A stretch of 63,650 bases of DNA, filler included. It is 9 parts of 9 records of this genome, joined end to end, with 100 filler letters (N's around TTAATTAATTAA, not from the genome) between each part and the next. Parts side by side here need not be neighbours in the genome. Positions count along the whole stretch, not along the records: positions 48,256 to 55,865 come from SRR31147125_43944; positions 55,966 to 63,650 come from SRR31147125_44101; 7 more parts are not named here. One strand, written 5' to 3'. Each line of letters begins with the position of its first letter. Positions within the stretch are counted from its first letter, which is position 1. This document shows, piece by piece, positions 50,649-60,188 of this stretch. The position numbers and the translations under genes are program-made. The notes beneath the pieces are model-generated. The model did no database searches. It saw nothing but the letters and a program-made list of their open reading frames with translations, and was not told the origin of the DNA.

Positions 50649-52586
50649 TTAAGCGATCCTGCTACCTGGCTTCGCGCCTTGATCCGCGGCGAGAAGGGTC
50701 AGGCGGTCGTTCCCGTTTTCGTCTTTGTACTCTGCGGTCAGGACCATCCCTTCCGAGAGAATACCCATCAGCTTGACTGGCTTCAGGTTTGCGACAATGA
50801 CAACGTTGCAACCGACCAGATCCTCGGGCTGATAGCTTCCAGCGATGCCGGATACGATCGTCCGCTCCTCCGGTGCCAGCACGCTGAGCTTGAGCAGCCG
50901 GTCCGATTTCGCGACCCGCTCTGCTGCGACAACCCTGGCGACCCGCAGATCGACCGCCTTGAACTGATCGAATTCGATCGCGCCCCCGCTATTTTTCTTT
51001 TTCTTCTTTGCCGGCTTCGGCTTTGCCGGGGCGGCATCCTTCTGTTTTTTGACATCGATTCGCGGAAACAGGTTTTGCGACTTCTGCAACACGGTGTCGG
51101 GCTTCGACAGTCCCCATTCGCCGCCACGCTCCAGGGTCTGCATGACGTCGCTGCCGGGGGCTATTCCCAGCCCGTGCATCATCTTCTCCGCGGTGCCCGG
51201 CATGACCGGCTTCAACACAAGCGCCAGCAGCCTCAAACTCTCACCGAGGTTGTACATAACCGTGTGCAGCCGCACCCGCCTGCTCTCGTCTTTGGCAAGC
51301 GCCCACGGCTCGTTGACGACGATATAGCGATTCGCTTCCCCGACAAACTCCCACACAGCCTGCAGGCCCAGATGGAATTTAAAGTCGCCCATGTGCTGCG
51401 CGTACCCCTGGATCATCTTCAGCGCGGCATCCTTGAGTACCGTATCACTGTCAGTGCCATCCGGCTCGGGCAGGACGGAATCGCAGTACTTCTCGATCAT
51501 CGACACGCTCCTGCTGAACAGGTTGCCGAGATCGTTCGCCAGGTCGGCGTTGTTACGGGCGATGATCGCATCACTGGAGAATGACGCATCGAGCCCGAAC
51601 GACATCTCCCGGAGGATGAAGTAGCGAAACGTATCGACCCCGAAATCCTCCACCAGCTGCGCGGGGCGCACGACATTGCCGAGACTCTTGGACATCTTCG
51701 TTTCATCGACGTTCCAGTATCCGTGCACATGCAACTTCTGATAGAGGTCCGCGCCGGCCGCCATGAGCATGGTCGGCCAGTAAATCGCATGGGGTTTGAG
51801 GATATCTTTTGCTATCAGGTGCTCGGCACCAGCCCAGTAGTGCGTGAATCGCTCACCATCGGGATAGCCGATTCCGGTCAGATAATTGATCAGCGCGTCG
51901 AACCACACATAGGTCACATAGTTCTCGTCGAACGGCAGCTTGATCCCCCAATCCAGCCTGCTCGCGGGCCGCGATATACAGAGATCATCGAGCGGGTCGC
52001 TTAAAAAGGACAGGACCTCGTTCCGATACCGCTCGGGCGTGACGAACTCGGGATTGTTTTTGATATGATCTATCAGCTGCTGCTGGTACTTCGACATCTT
52101 GAAGAAGTAATTCTGCTCGGTGATCTCCTTCGGCTCCACCAGGTGATCCGGACATTTGCCGTCCACCAGTTCGCGCTCGATCAAAAACCGCTCGCAACCG
52201 GTGCAGTACAGACCGCTATACTCGTCGAAATAGATATCGCCGCTGTCGTATACCTTCTGCAGGATATGCCGGACCACGCCGATATGATCCTCGTCGGTTG
52301 TCCGGATAAAGCGGTCGTAACCGATATTGAGAAGCGGCCAGGTATCCCTGAACATGGCCGAGATATTGTCCACGTACTGACGCGGCTCCACCTGCTCTTT
52401 GGCAGCTGCCTCGACAATTTTGTCACCGTGTTCGTCGGTACCGGTCTGGAACCGCACATCGTCGCCGCGAAGCCGGCTGAAGCGGCTATAGGTGTCGGCC
52501 ACCACGGTAGTATAGGCATGCCCGAGATGGGGTTGGGCATTCACGTAGTATATGGGGGTGGTGATATACGTTGTTTTTCTGTTCAT
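50649..52586 (-). CDS. metG: methionine--tRNA ligase
   Basis: YITTPIYYVN, HLGH, TGTDEHG, YVWFDAL, KMSKS, C-terminal tRNA-binding OB domain. Confidence 0.97.
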   Translation of the reverse strand: MNRKTTYITTPIYYVNAQPHLGHAYTTVVADTYSRFSRLRGDDVRFQTGTDEHGDKIVEAAAKEQVEPRQYVDNISAMFRDTWPLLNIGYDRFIRTTDEDHIGVVRHILQKVYDSGDIYFDEYSGLYCTGCERFLIERELVDGKCPDHLVEPKEITEQNYFFKMSKYQQQLIDHIKNNPEFVTPERYRNEVLSFLSDPLDDLCISRPASRLDWGIKLPFDENYVTYVWFDALINYLTGIGYPDGERFTHYWAGAEHLIAKDILKPHAIYWPTMLMAAGADLYQKLHVHGYWNVDETKMSKSLGNVVRPAQLVEDFGVDTFRYFILREMSFGLDASFSSDAIIARNNADLANDLGNLFSRSVSMIEKYCDSVLPEPDGTDSDTVLKDAALKMIQGYAQHMGDFKFHLGLQAVWEFVGEANRYIVVNEPWALAKDESRRVRLHTVMYNLGESLRLLALVLKPVMPGTAEKMMHGLGIAPGSDVMQTLERGGEWGLSKPDTVLQKSQNLFPRIDVKKQKDAAPAKPKPAKKKKKNSGGAIEFDQFKAVDLRVARVVAAERVAKSDRLLKLSVLAPEERTIVSGIAGSYQPEDLVGCNVVIVANLKPVKLMGILSEGMVLTAEYKDENGNDRLTLLAADQGAKPGSRIA

Positions 52587-52589
52587 GTG

Positions 52590-53519
52590 CTATTTGTGTT
52601 CCCTGGATTTTCCTTTCCCGCCTTCGCTGGACTTTTTATCGGACCTGCGCCCTCCCTTCTCGCTCTTCAGTGTCTCGGCGTTCGCCCAATCGGACTTCTG
52701 CAGAACCCGGTCTTCGCCGGCCCCGCAGTCGACGACGAGTGCCTGCTGCAGCGGAATCTGCCGCTTGACCCGGAAGACCTGGTCGCCGACCTTCAACCGC
52801 CGCCCGACCTTCGGCATTTTCCTGCGCTGACTCCGATAGGTGTCATACTCATAGGTGAGACAGCAGAGCAGCCGGTTACAGATCCCTGATATTTTGGTCG
52901 GGTTGAGCGGCAGGTCCTGCTCCTTGGCCATCTTGATCGAAACCGAATCGAATTTTTTCATGAACGAGGAACAGCACAGTTCCCGTCCACAGACCCCGAG
53001 CCCGCCGATCATCTTCGTCTCGTGCCTCACCCCGACCTGGCGCATCTCGACCCTGGTACGGAATTCCTGTACCAGATCCTTGACCAGCGCCCTGAAATCA
53101 ACCCGAGAGTCGGCGGTAAAATAAAAGATCATCTTACTACCGTTAAAGAACTTCTCCACTCGAATCAGCCGCATGACCAACTCGTGCCTGACGATCAGCT
53201 GCCGACACGTGTCGAAGGCCGACGTCTCGTGCCCGGGAAGTTTCCGGTACCGGCCCTCCTCATCGCTCGTGGGGCGTCGCGAAATATCGTAGCTGGTTTT
53301 GCGTCCCTCTTCTTGATCGGGATTGGGCGGAGCGGTGCCGTAAATGATAGCCGGTTCGAGACCGTGATCCGTCTTCACCATCACCGTATCACCCTGCTTC
53401 AGGCCGGTCACCTTCGCAGATGCGGTAAACTCCTGACCGGGCTCACGGAATCGTATCCGGAAGAACCGGGACTCCACCTCGGAGGGTTTGCTTTCTTGTT
53501 CTTGTATATCGTCGCCCAT
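52590..53519 (-). CDS. PSP1-domain protein (RicT/YaaT-like)
   Basis: FYFTADSRVDFRALVK, GVCGRELCC, KISGICNRLLCCL; holB-PSP1-metG synteny. Confidence 0.93.
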   Translation of the reverse strand: MGDDIQEQESKPSEVESRFFRIRFREPGQEFTASAKVTGLKQGDTVMVKTDHGLEPAIIYGTAPPNPDQEEGRKTSYDISRRPTSDEEGRYRKLPGHETSAFDTCRQLIVRHELVMRLIRVEKFFNGSKMIFYFTADSRVDFRALVKDLVQEFRTRVEMRQVGVRHETKMIGGLGVCGRELCCSSFMKKFDSVSIKMAKEQDLPLNPTKISGICNRLLCCLTYEYDTYRSQRRKMPKVGRRLKVGDQVFRVKRQIPLQQALVVDCGAGEDRVLQKSDWANAETLKSEKGGRRSDKKSSEGGKGKSREHK

Positions 53520-53560
53520 GGTTGATAACCGTTACAAAATACGGAGCAGAGAGAAATATA

Positions 53561-54511
53561 TTAGGATACTTCAGGGCCCGGTGATTGTAAATTAAAAAGG
53601 AGTACCTCGCAGACCAGCGTACGGTTGCAGTTGCGCGCCAGCTGCCGCTCCGCCCGGTCGACGGACTCCAGCTGCTGTCGCCAGATTGCGGCACCGGCGG
53701 GCTGCTCCAGCATCCGGTCCCGGACCCACATCCTCAGCAGTCCCAGAAACAGCACCAGATCTTCCTTGAGCCCGGCAAGCTGCTCAGCGCATGCAAGCAA
53801 GTCGGACACCCCGGCCGGAGAGCTCCGCTTCGTCTCCAGCAGCTCCCGAACCTTATGGTAGCTGCCGGTCAGATCCTTTTTCTGGAGTACCAGCGCGGTT
53901 CCCGGGCTCCCATCAGATAACCAGGCCAGCAACTCCGCCTCCTCACCGTCAAGCTCCGGCTGCCGCTCTTTCAGGACGCGCACGGTCTGGTCGACGGACA
54001 ACCCGTGAAACGGAATCACCTGGCAGCGCGACACGACCGTCTGCAGCAGTTCCCTGCTCGCCTCGGCGGTCAGTATCAGCAGGTTCTGCTCGGGCGGTTC
54101 CTCGAGCGTTTTGAGCAGGCTGTTGGCGGCGGCCGTGGTCATCGTGTGAATATCCTCGATAACCACCACCCGGTACCGGGATTCATACGGCGCATAGGAG
54201 AGCGACCGGCACAGCTCGCGCACCGTGTCTATCTTGATGGTTCCGTTAACCGGCGAAACGCTCACCAGGTCGGGATGGTTCCCCGACAGACATTTCCGGC
54301 AGGATGGGCACATGCCGCAAGCGCCGTTTTCGTCCGGGCGGGCACAGTTGATCCGGGCTGCGACGAGATGAGCGCACAACCGCTTGCCGACACCGTCCGG
54401 ACCGCGGAACAGGTAAGCGTGCGCCATCCGGTCCGAGCTGAACATGCGGCTCAACGTCGTTTTGGCACGCTCCTGGCCGACGAGCGACGTAAATGACAGT
54501 TCCCGGACCAT
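53561..54511 (-). CDS. holB: DNA polymerase III delta' subunit
   Basis: HAYLFRGPDGVGK, CGMCPSC, HPD, AANSLLKTLEEP, TVVSRC. Confidence 0.94.
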   Translation of the reverse strand: MVRELSFTSLVGQERAKTTLSRMFSSDRMAHAYLFRGPDGVGKRLCAHLVAARINCARPDENGACGMCPSCRKCLSGNHPDLVSVSPVNGTIKIDTVRELCRSLSYAPYESRYRVVVIEDIHTMTTAAANSLLKTLEEPPEQNLLILTAEASRELLQTVVSRCQVIPFHGLSVDQTVRVLKERQPELDGEEAELLAWLSDGSPGTALVLQKKDLTGSYHKVRELLETKRSSPAGVSDLLACAEQLAGLKEDLVLFLGLLRMWVRDRMLEQPAGAAIWRQQLESVDRAERQLARNCNRTLVCEVLLFNLQSPGPEVS

Positions 54512-54514
54512 GGC

Positions 54515-55537
54515 TTAGAACAGGCTATGCTGCTTCACCAGGCTTTCCGGGAGCTCGGGTTCGTCCGCCACCGCTTCGGACAGTGTCGGTTTCAGCATGA
54601 TATACCGCTCCAGGCTGCGCTGGTAATCGCTCCAGACCGGTTGGCCAGATTTGGCTTTGCTCTGCAGCTGTTCGACCAGATTCATCTTTGCATCCATGTC
54701 GTCGATAAAACTCAGCAGCAGTGCTTCCGCGGTCATCGGCACTACCGGAGCACCAAATTCCTGGCGCCCGTGATGGCTCAGAACCAGGTGCTGGATATGG
54801 GTCAGCAGCTCCTTCGGGAAGTCATCGATGGTATCGGCAATCCTGCCGACGAATTCACAGCCGATCACCACATGGCCCTTCAACCTGCCTATATCCGTGT
54901 AATCAATCACCCCCACTTCGCTCTGCAGTTCAACGGTCTTGCCGATGTCATGCAGGAGTGCCCCGGCAATTACCAGGTCTTTATCGATCCCCGCATAGTG
55001 ACCGGCGAGCAACGACGCGACCCGGGCCATTGACAGCGAGTGCTCAAAGAGTCCCCCCAGGTAGGCGTGATGGATTCCTTTGGCGGCCGGCGCGCTCTGG
55101 AATCGCTCGCCGACTTCGGTTTCATTGAAAATGGTGAGCAGCAGCCTGCGGACGAAGGGGTTTTCGACCTCACCGATGCGATCACCAAGTTCGGATTCCA
55201 TCGACTCAGGATTACGGTTGCTCGCGGCGACGAAGTCACTGAGGCTCCCCGGATTCTGCTCGACCGCCGCTATATGATCAACTTTCAGCTGGAGTTTGTC
55301 ACGATAGGTCTGGACCAGCCCGCGCACTCTCACCACCCGGCCGACAACGCATATTTTTTCCAGGGCTGCGGCATTATCCCAGGCGGGCCCGCCAATCTCC
55401 CCGCTTTTATCGGAAAAGACGAGGGACAGATACGGTTTGCCCGCCCGTGTTTCACCCAGCCGCGCCGTTTTGATCATGAACAGATCGTCGACCGGCTCTC
55501 CGTCGACGAGGTCACTGATAAATCGTTTTTTTTGCAT
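54515..55537 (-). CDS. yhaM: OB-fold + HD-domain 3'-5' exoribonuclease (YhaM-like)
   Basis: APAAKGIHHAYLGGL.EH, LLHDIGK, SHHG..EFG.P, IDDMDAK. Confidence 0.88.
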   Translation of the reverse strand: MQKKRFISDLVDGEPVDDLFMIKTARLGETRAGKPYLSLVFSDKSGEIGGPAWDNAAALEKICVVGRVVRVRGLVQTYRDKLQLKVDHIAAVEQNPGSLSDFVAASNRNPESMESELGDRIGEVENPFVRRLLLTIFNETEVGERFQSAPAAKGIHHAYLGGLFEHSLSMARVASLLAGHYAGIDKDLVIAGALLHDIGKTVELQSEVGVIDYTDIGRLKGHVVIGCEFVGRIADTIDDFPKELLTHIQHLVLSHHGRQEFGAPVVPMTAEALLLSFIDDMDAKMNLVEQLQSKAKSGQPVWSDYQRSLERYIMLKPTLSEAVADEPELPESLVKQHSLF

Positions 55538-55865
55538 ATCGTTTCTACGATGGCTCCTTCAGCATCGCTGGATTACTGGTTAAAAAAGCACATTCGGTTG
55601 TTCAGGCTCCCGCACACCGGATACAGCTCCGGGTTCCCGGATTCTCTTTTACTTCGACCCCGTATTCATATCCGCTGCGTTGAAACCGATGTTAACAATA
55701 AAACATTATCGGTTTATAGTAACGATAATTGCTAATTCGTTTCGATCCGAAAACGATCATTTTGTTCAATCTCATCGTTGCATACACGATTTTTGTCCTC
55801 GGAATATCACGTATATGCCTGCGGTAAAAATCTCTTATGCGCCTCGATCTTGAACAAAATGCTGC

Positions 55866-55965
55866 NNNNNNNNNNNNNNNNNNNNNNNNNNNNNNNNNNN
55901 NNNNNNNNNTTAATTAATTAANNNNNNNNNNNNNNNNNNNNNNNNNNNNNNNNNNNNNNNNNNNN
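55866..55965. other. artificial contig linker
   Basis: N44-TTAATTAATTAA-N44. Confidence 0.99.
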
Positions 55966-55982
55966 GAAGCGCGGCAATCCAG

Positions 55983-57416
55983 TTAGTTCATTTTTTTGTG
56001 AGTTTCCTGCCAGAGTTTGCCTTCGAATCGTGTAGTCGGGGCAGGAACGATCAGATTAAGCTTATCCCAAATTTTTTTAACAACTTCAGCAAGTTCTGAG
56101 ACTAGCTCTTTAGTTGTTTTCATGTCTCTTGATTCAACTGTTACGCGTGCAACCATCTCTGTTCCGGAATATCTAAGAAGTGTTCGTCCTTCACTCCCAA
56201 GTTTTGATTCGATGGCTTCTATTGTTTTGGAGATTGCGCTTATTTGATCGAAAGGTTTCTTCTCTTTGACTTTAACATTTATAGTTTTCTGAGGGTAGGG
56301 CGAGTAAGGTTTAACTAGCTCGCTTAAAGGTTTGCCTGTCTGTTGCATTATTGATAGAATCCTAAGGGCTGCCAAGACGCCATCGCCAGTATTGTTATGG
56401 TGAAGATAGATTAGATGCCCGCATGATTCACCACCAAGATTGACTCCATGTTCTCTCATATAGTCTGTCACATGATGATCGCCAACATCTGTTCTTACAA
56501 GTTTGATACCCTCTTTCTGAAGAGCTATGTCAAGTGCGTGATTAGTCATTATTGTTCCAACAACTGTAGACTGTCCAAGATTTCCCTTATCATGAAGATG
56601 TTTTGCTGAAATATATAGAACGGCATCGCCGTCTATCAGGTTACCTTCGTTATCCGATAAGAGGACTCTGTCTGCATCTCCATCGAGGGTTATTCCAATA
56701 TCTGCACCTATCTCTTTCGTGTATTTGCAAATTACGTCTGGATATAAAGCCCCACATCCGTCATTAATATTGAGACCATTAGGTTCATTATTTATAATAG
56801 ATACTTCAGCACCAAGTTCTGAGAAAACCGATTCGGCAACCGTGTAACCTGCTCCATTTGCAGCATCTACAGCGATTTTCAATCCCTTTAAATTCAGGCG
56901 ATGAGGAAATCTCTCTTTTAAAAATTGTATATATCTTCCATCTGCATCATGAATTTGTACGATTTTTCCAACTTCGGATGGTTTGCAGAGATGTCTTTCA
57001 GGAATTTTTTCAAATATATATTTTTCAATCTCTGCTTCTTGATCTTCGTTTAGTTTAAACCCATCTTCTCCAAAAAGTTTAATTCCATTTTGGTCAGATG
57101 GATTGTGTGATGCGGAGATAACAATTCCAAGTCTTGCTCTCATCGATTTGCAGATAAATCCAATGCCAGGGGTTGGCAATGGGCCGGTTTTGATAACGTT
57201 GACACCCATAGAGGTTATCCCGCTAGCAAGCGCGGTTTCAATCATATAACTGGATAGTCTTGTGTCTTTTCCGATAACTATCTCAGGAAGTTCGTGGCTG
57301 TTGCGGACGAAGTATGCAGCTGCACGTCCTACTGCAACGGCAATTTCAGTATTCATACACTCACCGTTTGCAACGCCCCTGATTCCGTCAGTTCCAAATA
57401 GTTTTAAATTTGTCAT
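55983..57416 (-). CDS. glmM: phosphoglucosamine mutase (true stop probably near 56062)
   Basis: FGTDGIRG, GKDTRLS, ISASHNP, DGDADR, GGESCGH, RYSGTE. Confidence 0.94.
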   Translation of the reverse strand: MTNLKLFGTDGIRGVANGECMNTEIAVAVGRAAAYFVRNSHELPEIVIGKDTRLSSYMIETALASGITSMGVNVIKTGPLPTPGIGFICKSMRARLGIVISASHNPSDQNGIKLFGEDGFKLNEDQEAEIEKYIFEKIPERHLCKPSEVGKIVQIHDADGRYIQFLKERFPHRLNLKGLKIAVDAANGAGYTVAESVFSELGAEVSIINNEPNGLNINDGCGALYPDVICKYTKEIGADIGITLDGDADRVLLSDNEGNLIDGDAVLYISAKHLHDKGNLGQSTVVGTIMTNHALDIALQKEGIKLVRTDVGDHHVTDYMREHGVNLGGESCGHLIYLHHNNTGDGVLAALRILSIMQQTGKPLSELVKPYSPYPQKTINVKVKEKKPFDQISAISKTIEAIESKLGSEGRTLLRYSGTEMVARVTVESRDMKTTKELVSELAEVVKKIWDKLNLIVPAPTTRFEGKLWQETHKKMN

Positions 57417-57503
57417 ATAATCCCCCGATAAAAGCTTTATACATTTTGATCGCCTTTAATTCAACTTGCAAATGAAATTACATAGGCTTACTATCTGAAA
57501 ACT

Positions 57504-58706
57504 ATGAAGGTACTCTTTACTAATACCGGTTCGTGGGGGACAGGCTCTGGGATGGTTGTTAAGGGCGTTGTGAAGGAACTCCTAAGGCTTGGGCATGATG
57601 TTAGGGTTGTATATCCCGATTTAAAAGTGAATTTGGATAAAAGTGATGTAAGTGCAGATTCTTCGATTTACGAAGTTGTTGAATTTCCAAGAGAGTATAA
57701 GGGTGAAAAGTTTGAGACCTTTCCGCTGATGATACCTGATCCGAATCCAAGGGTTGGCGATAAAATATTAACATATAAAGATTTGTCTGAAGAACAGTTA
57801 AGCGCATTTAGAGAGCTTTTGATAGAAGAGCTTTCAAGAGTTGTTAGAGAGTTTGACCCCGATGTTATAGAGACTCAACATGTCTGGCTAATGGGTGAGG
57901 TCTTGGCAAGTGTGGGATGTAAATATGTCGCTGTGGCTCATAATTCTGATCAGATAGGGTTTAGATATGATAAGCGGATTCAGGCATACGCTATTGAGTG
58001 CGCAAAAAAAGCTGACTATATTTTTGCAATTTCAGATTTTGTAAAAGAAGAGGTTATGAACCTCTATGGCGTCTGCGAGGATAAAGTTCCTGTACTTCAT
58101 AATGGATATGATGAAGAAATATTTAGAAAGTTTAAAGTTGATAAGGGCGAACTTTTTAAAAGTTACGAAATTGATGTAGATACAGATCTACCTGTCGTTA
58201 CCTTCGGTGGAAAGCTTTCAAAAACAAAGGGTATCGATGTGCTGCTTAAAGCAAATGAGGTGATTCAAAAAAAGAATCCATATCTTTTGCTGCTCTTTGG
58301 TGCTGGTGATTTTGAGCAGGCTATTGGTAGACCGCCAACAGAAGAAGAGATGAAAAATGTAGTGTTGCTTGGTCACGTAGATCAAGAGACTCTTGCCAGG
58401 TTTCATAATGTCTCAAAGTTTAGTGTTTTACCATCCAGGGAAGAAGGTTTTAGTATAGCAGCGCTAGAGGCTATGGGTTGTGGTCTTCCCATGGTTGGTA
58501 CCAAAACAGGCCAGTTAGAGAAGTTTATAGTAGGTGAGGTTGTTAAGCCCGGTAATATCCAAGAGTTAGCAGATGCCATGAAGAAGATGCTTGAGATGTC
58601 TGATACTGATATTAAAAAGTTGTCAAAAAAAGCTATGCAAGAGGCGTTAAAATATTCTTGGAAAGATAACGTAAAGAAGCGATTGGAGTATTATAATAGA
58701 CTGTAA
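57504..58706 (+). CDS. GT4-family glycosyltransferase
   Basis: GT-B fold motifs KGID.LL and PSREEGFSIAALEAMGCG. Confidence 0.9.
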   Translation: MKVLFTNTGSWGTGSGMVVKGVVKELLRLGHDVRVVYPDLKVNLDKSDVSADSSIYEVVEFPREYKGEKFETFPLMIPDPNPRVGDKILTYKDLSEEQLSAFRELLIEELSRVVREFDPDVIETQHVWLMGEVLASVGCKYVAVAHNSDQIGFRYDKRIQAYAIECAKKADYIFAISDFVKEEVMNLYGVCEDKVPVLHNGYDEEIFRKFKVDKGELFKSYEIDVDTDLPVVTFGGKLSKTKGIDVLLKANEVIQKKNPYLLLLFGAGDFEQAIGRPPTEEEMKNVVLLGHVDQETLARFHNVSKFSVLPSREEGFSIAALEAMGCGLPMVGTKTGQLEKFIVGEVVKPGNIQELADAMKKMLEMSDTDIKKLSKKAMQEALKYSWKDNVKKRLEYYNRL

Positions 58707-58734
58707 AAAAGGCTCGCTATCTAGCGAGCCTTTA
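58706..58734. terminator. bidirectional terminator
   Basis: AAAGGCTCGCTA-TC-TAGCGAGCCTTT perfect stem between convergent genes. Confidence 0.8.
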
Positions 58735-58757
58735 AAAATTGAAAATCAATCATTCTT

Positions 58758-58797
58758 GTTATCGCGAGGAGCCTTGTAAGGCGACGCGGCGATCCAT
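58758..58797. repeat. REP-like element GTTATCGCGAGGAGCC...GGCGACGCGGCGATCC
   Basis: Internal hairpin GCCTT/AAGGC; its 3' end resembles the contig start GAAGCGCGGCAATCC (55966-55980). Confidence 0.55.
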
Positions 58798-58816
58798 CTC
58801 TTGCAATGGTAACTAG

Positions 58817-59923
58817 TTAAAACGGAAGATTATGTCCTGTTAGTCCAAGCTCTTCCTGCATAATTTTTAGATTCTTCTGAAGGTTCGGATTCACGGGGAT
58901 GCCTTCTTTGATTCTTACTTTTTCCATTTCATATTCTTTTTCGCCCGCGGTATAGATTCGCTCCTGACTTGGTTCTTTCTTGGATTCTCTTAAGCCACGA
59001 ATAATATTTCCAGAAATCTTTTTGAAAATTTCTAGAGGAAGAAAGTTTTCAATATTGATGGCCAAGAAAAAGTGACCGAGTTTATATGGGCATTTGTTTC
59101 CATCTTCATCAATGCCAAGGAGTCCTTTTAGATACGATCCGTCCTGAAGGGCTGCGGATAGTATCTCAACCAGAGTTGCCCAGCCATAACCTTTGTGGCC
59201 GCCTAGTAGTTCGCCAGAACCACCCATTGGTAGTAGCGCTGCATCTGAAGTGACAAGATCTTTTAGAAGCTGTTTAGTATCTGTGTATGGCTTTCCTTGA
59301 TTGTCAATAGCCCAACCTGCAGGGGTATCTTTTTCAGCTCTGTCGAGCAACTCAATCTTACCTCGTTGGGAGATTGAGGTGGCGCAATCGATTACAAATG
59401 GACAATCTTCGTCTGTTGGGAGGCCGAATGTCAGTGGATTTGTTCCAAGCATTGGCTCAACACCGAATGTTGGAGCAATTGAGGGTCTCGCGTTTGTTAC
59501 TGTAAAGCCAACTTGCCCCTCTTTTATAGCCATCATTGGGTAAAAACCAGCAATACCATAATGCGTTGAATTTCTTACTGCAACTGCACCGAGACCATAT
59601 TTCTTAGCTTTGTTAATGGCCATTTGCATCGATTTGTAAGCAACAACGTGACCCATCCCATGGCCACCGTCTATTGTAGCAGTGGTTTCAGTCTCCTTAA
59701 CAACCTGTAAGTCTGTAACCGGTTTTTGGATGCCATCTTTGATGCGATCGTAATACATCTTTAATCTGCCAATGCCGTGAGAGTCAATGCCTCTAAGGTC
59801 TGATGCTATAAGGACTTCCTCGCATATTCTTGCATCTTCTTCGGGGACCCCAATCTTCACAAAAACGTCATAGATAAACTTTTTAGCTGCTTCAATTGAA
59901 AGATGGGCTGTTTCGTTACTCAT
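58817..59923 (-). CDS. Ldh_2-family (malate/L-lactate/L-sulfolactate-type) oxidoreductase
   Basis: DLRGIDSHG, RNSTHYG, GTNP, GHKGYG; ATG 59923 after an AAGGAG RBS. Confidence 0.9.
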   Translation of the reverse strand: MSNETAHLSIEAAKKFIYDVFVKIGVPEEDARICEEVLIASDLRGIDSHGIGRLKMYYDRIKDGIQKPVTDLQVVKETETTATIDGGHGMGHVVAYKSMQMAINKAKKYGLGAVAVRNSTHYGIAGFYPMMAIKEGQVGFTVTNARPSIAPTFGVEPMLGTNPLTFGLPTDEDCPFVIDCATSISQRGKIELLDRAEKDTPAGWAIDNQGKPYTDTKQLLKDLVTSDAALLPMGGSGELLGGHKGYGWATLVEILSAALQDGSYLKGLLGIDEDGNKCPYKLGHFFLAINIENFLPLEIFKKISGNIIRGLRESKKEPSQERIYTAGEKEYEMEKVRIKEGIPVNPNLQKNLKIMQEELGLTGHNLPF

Positions 59924-60188
59924 GGAAAACTCCTTTATATTAATGGTTTGCGACTTTCTTGCTGAACATTTTATTTTACGAGTCATATATAACGCTAGTC
60001 TTAGAATTGGTCAATGATATACGAGACTTCTTTGGTAAAACTTAAACATAGTAAAAATATGCTTCAAACTGTTTTCTTTTTTATTGATTAAGCTCTCTTC
60101 TTGCGCTAAGGAGTGTAGCCTCTTATACGAATGCAACTTTGATTGCACGAGAGGTGACACTAAATTATTCAAGAGGGAGGAGTGGGTA

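Noticed and set aside
8524..55965. Eight regularly recurring TTAATTAATTAA palindromes flanked by N runs
   Set aside because: Artificial 100-nt linkers between contigs. They are not a repeat array, and no gene linkage across them can be inferred.
55983..56080. C-terminal extension of GlmM
   Set aside because: One extra A in the A7 run (plus-strand T 56072-56078) gives VKKNLG-stop and a normal length of about 450 aa; the extension is probably an artefact.
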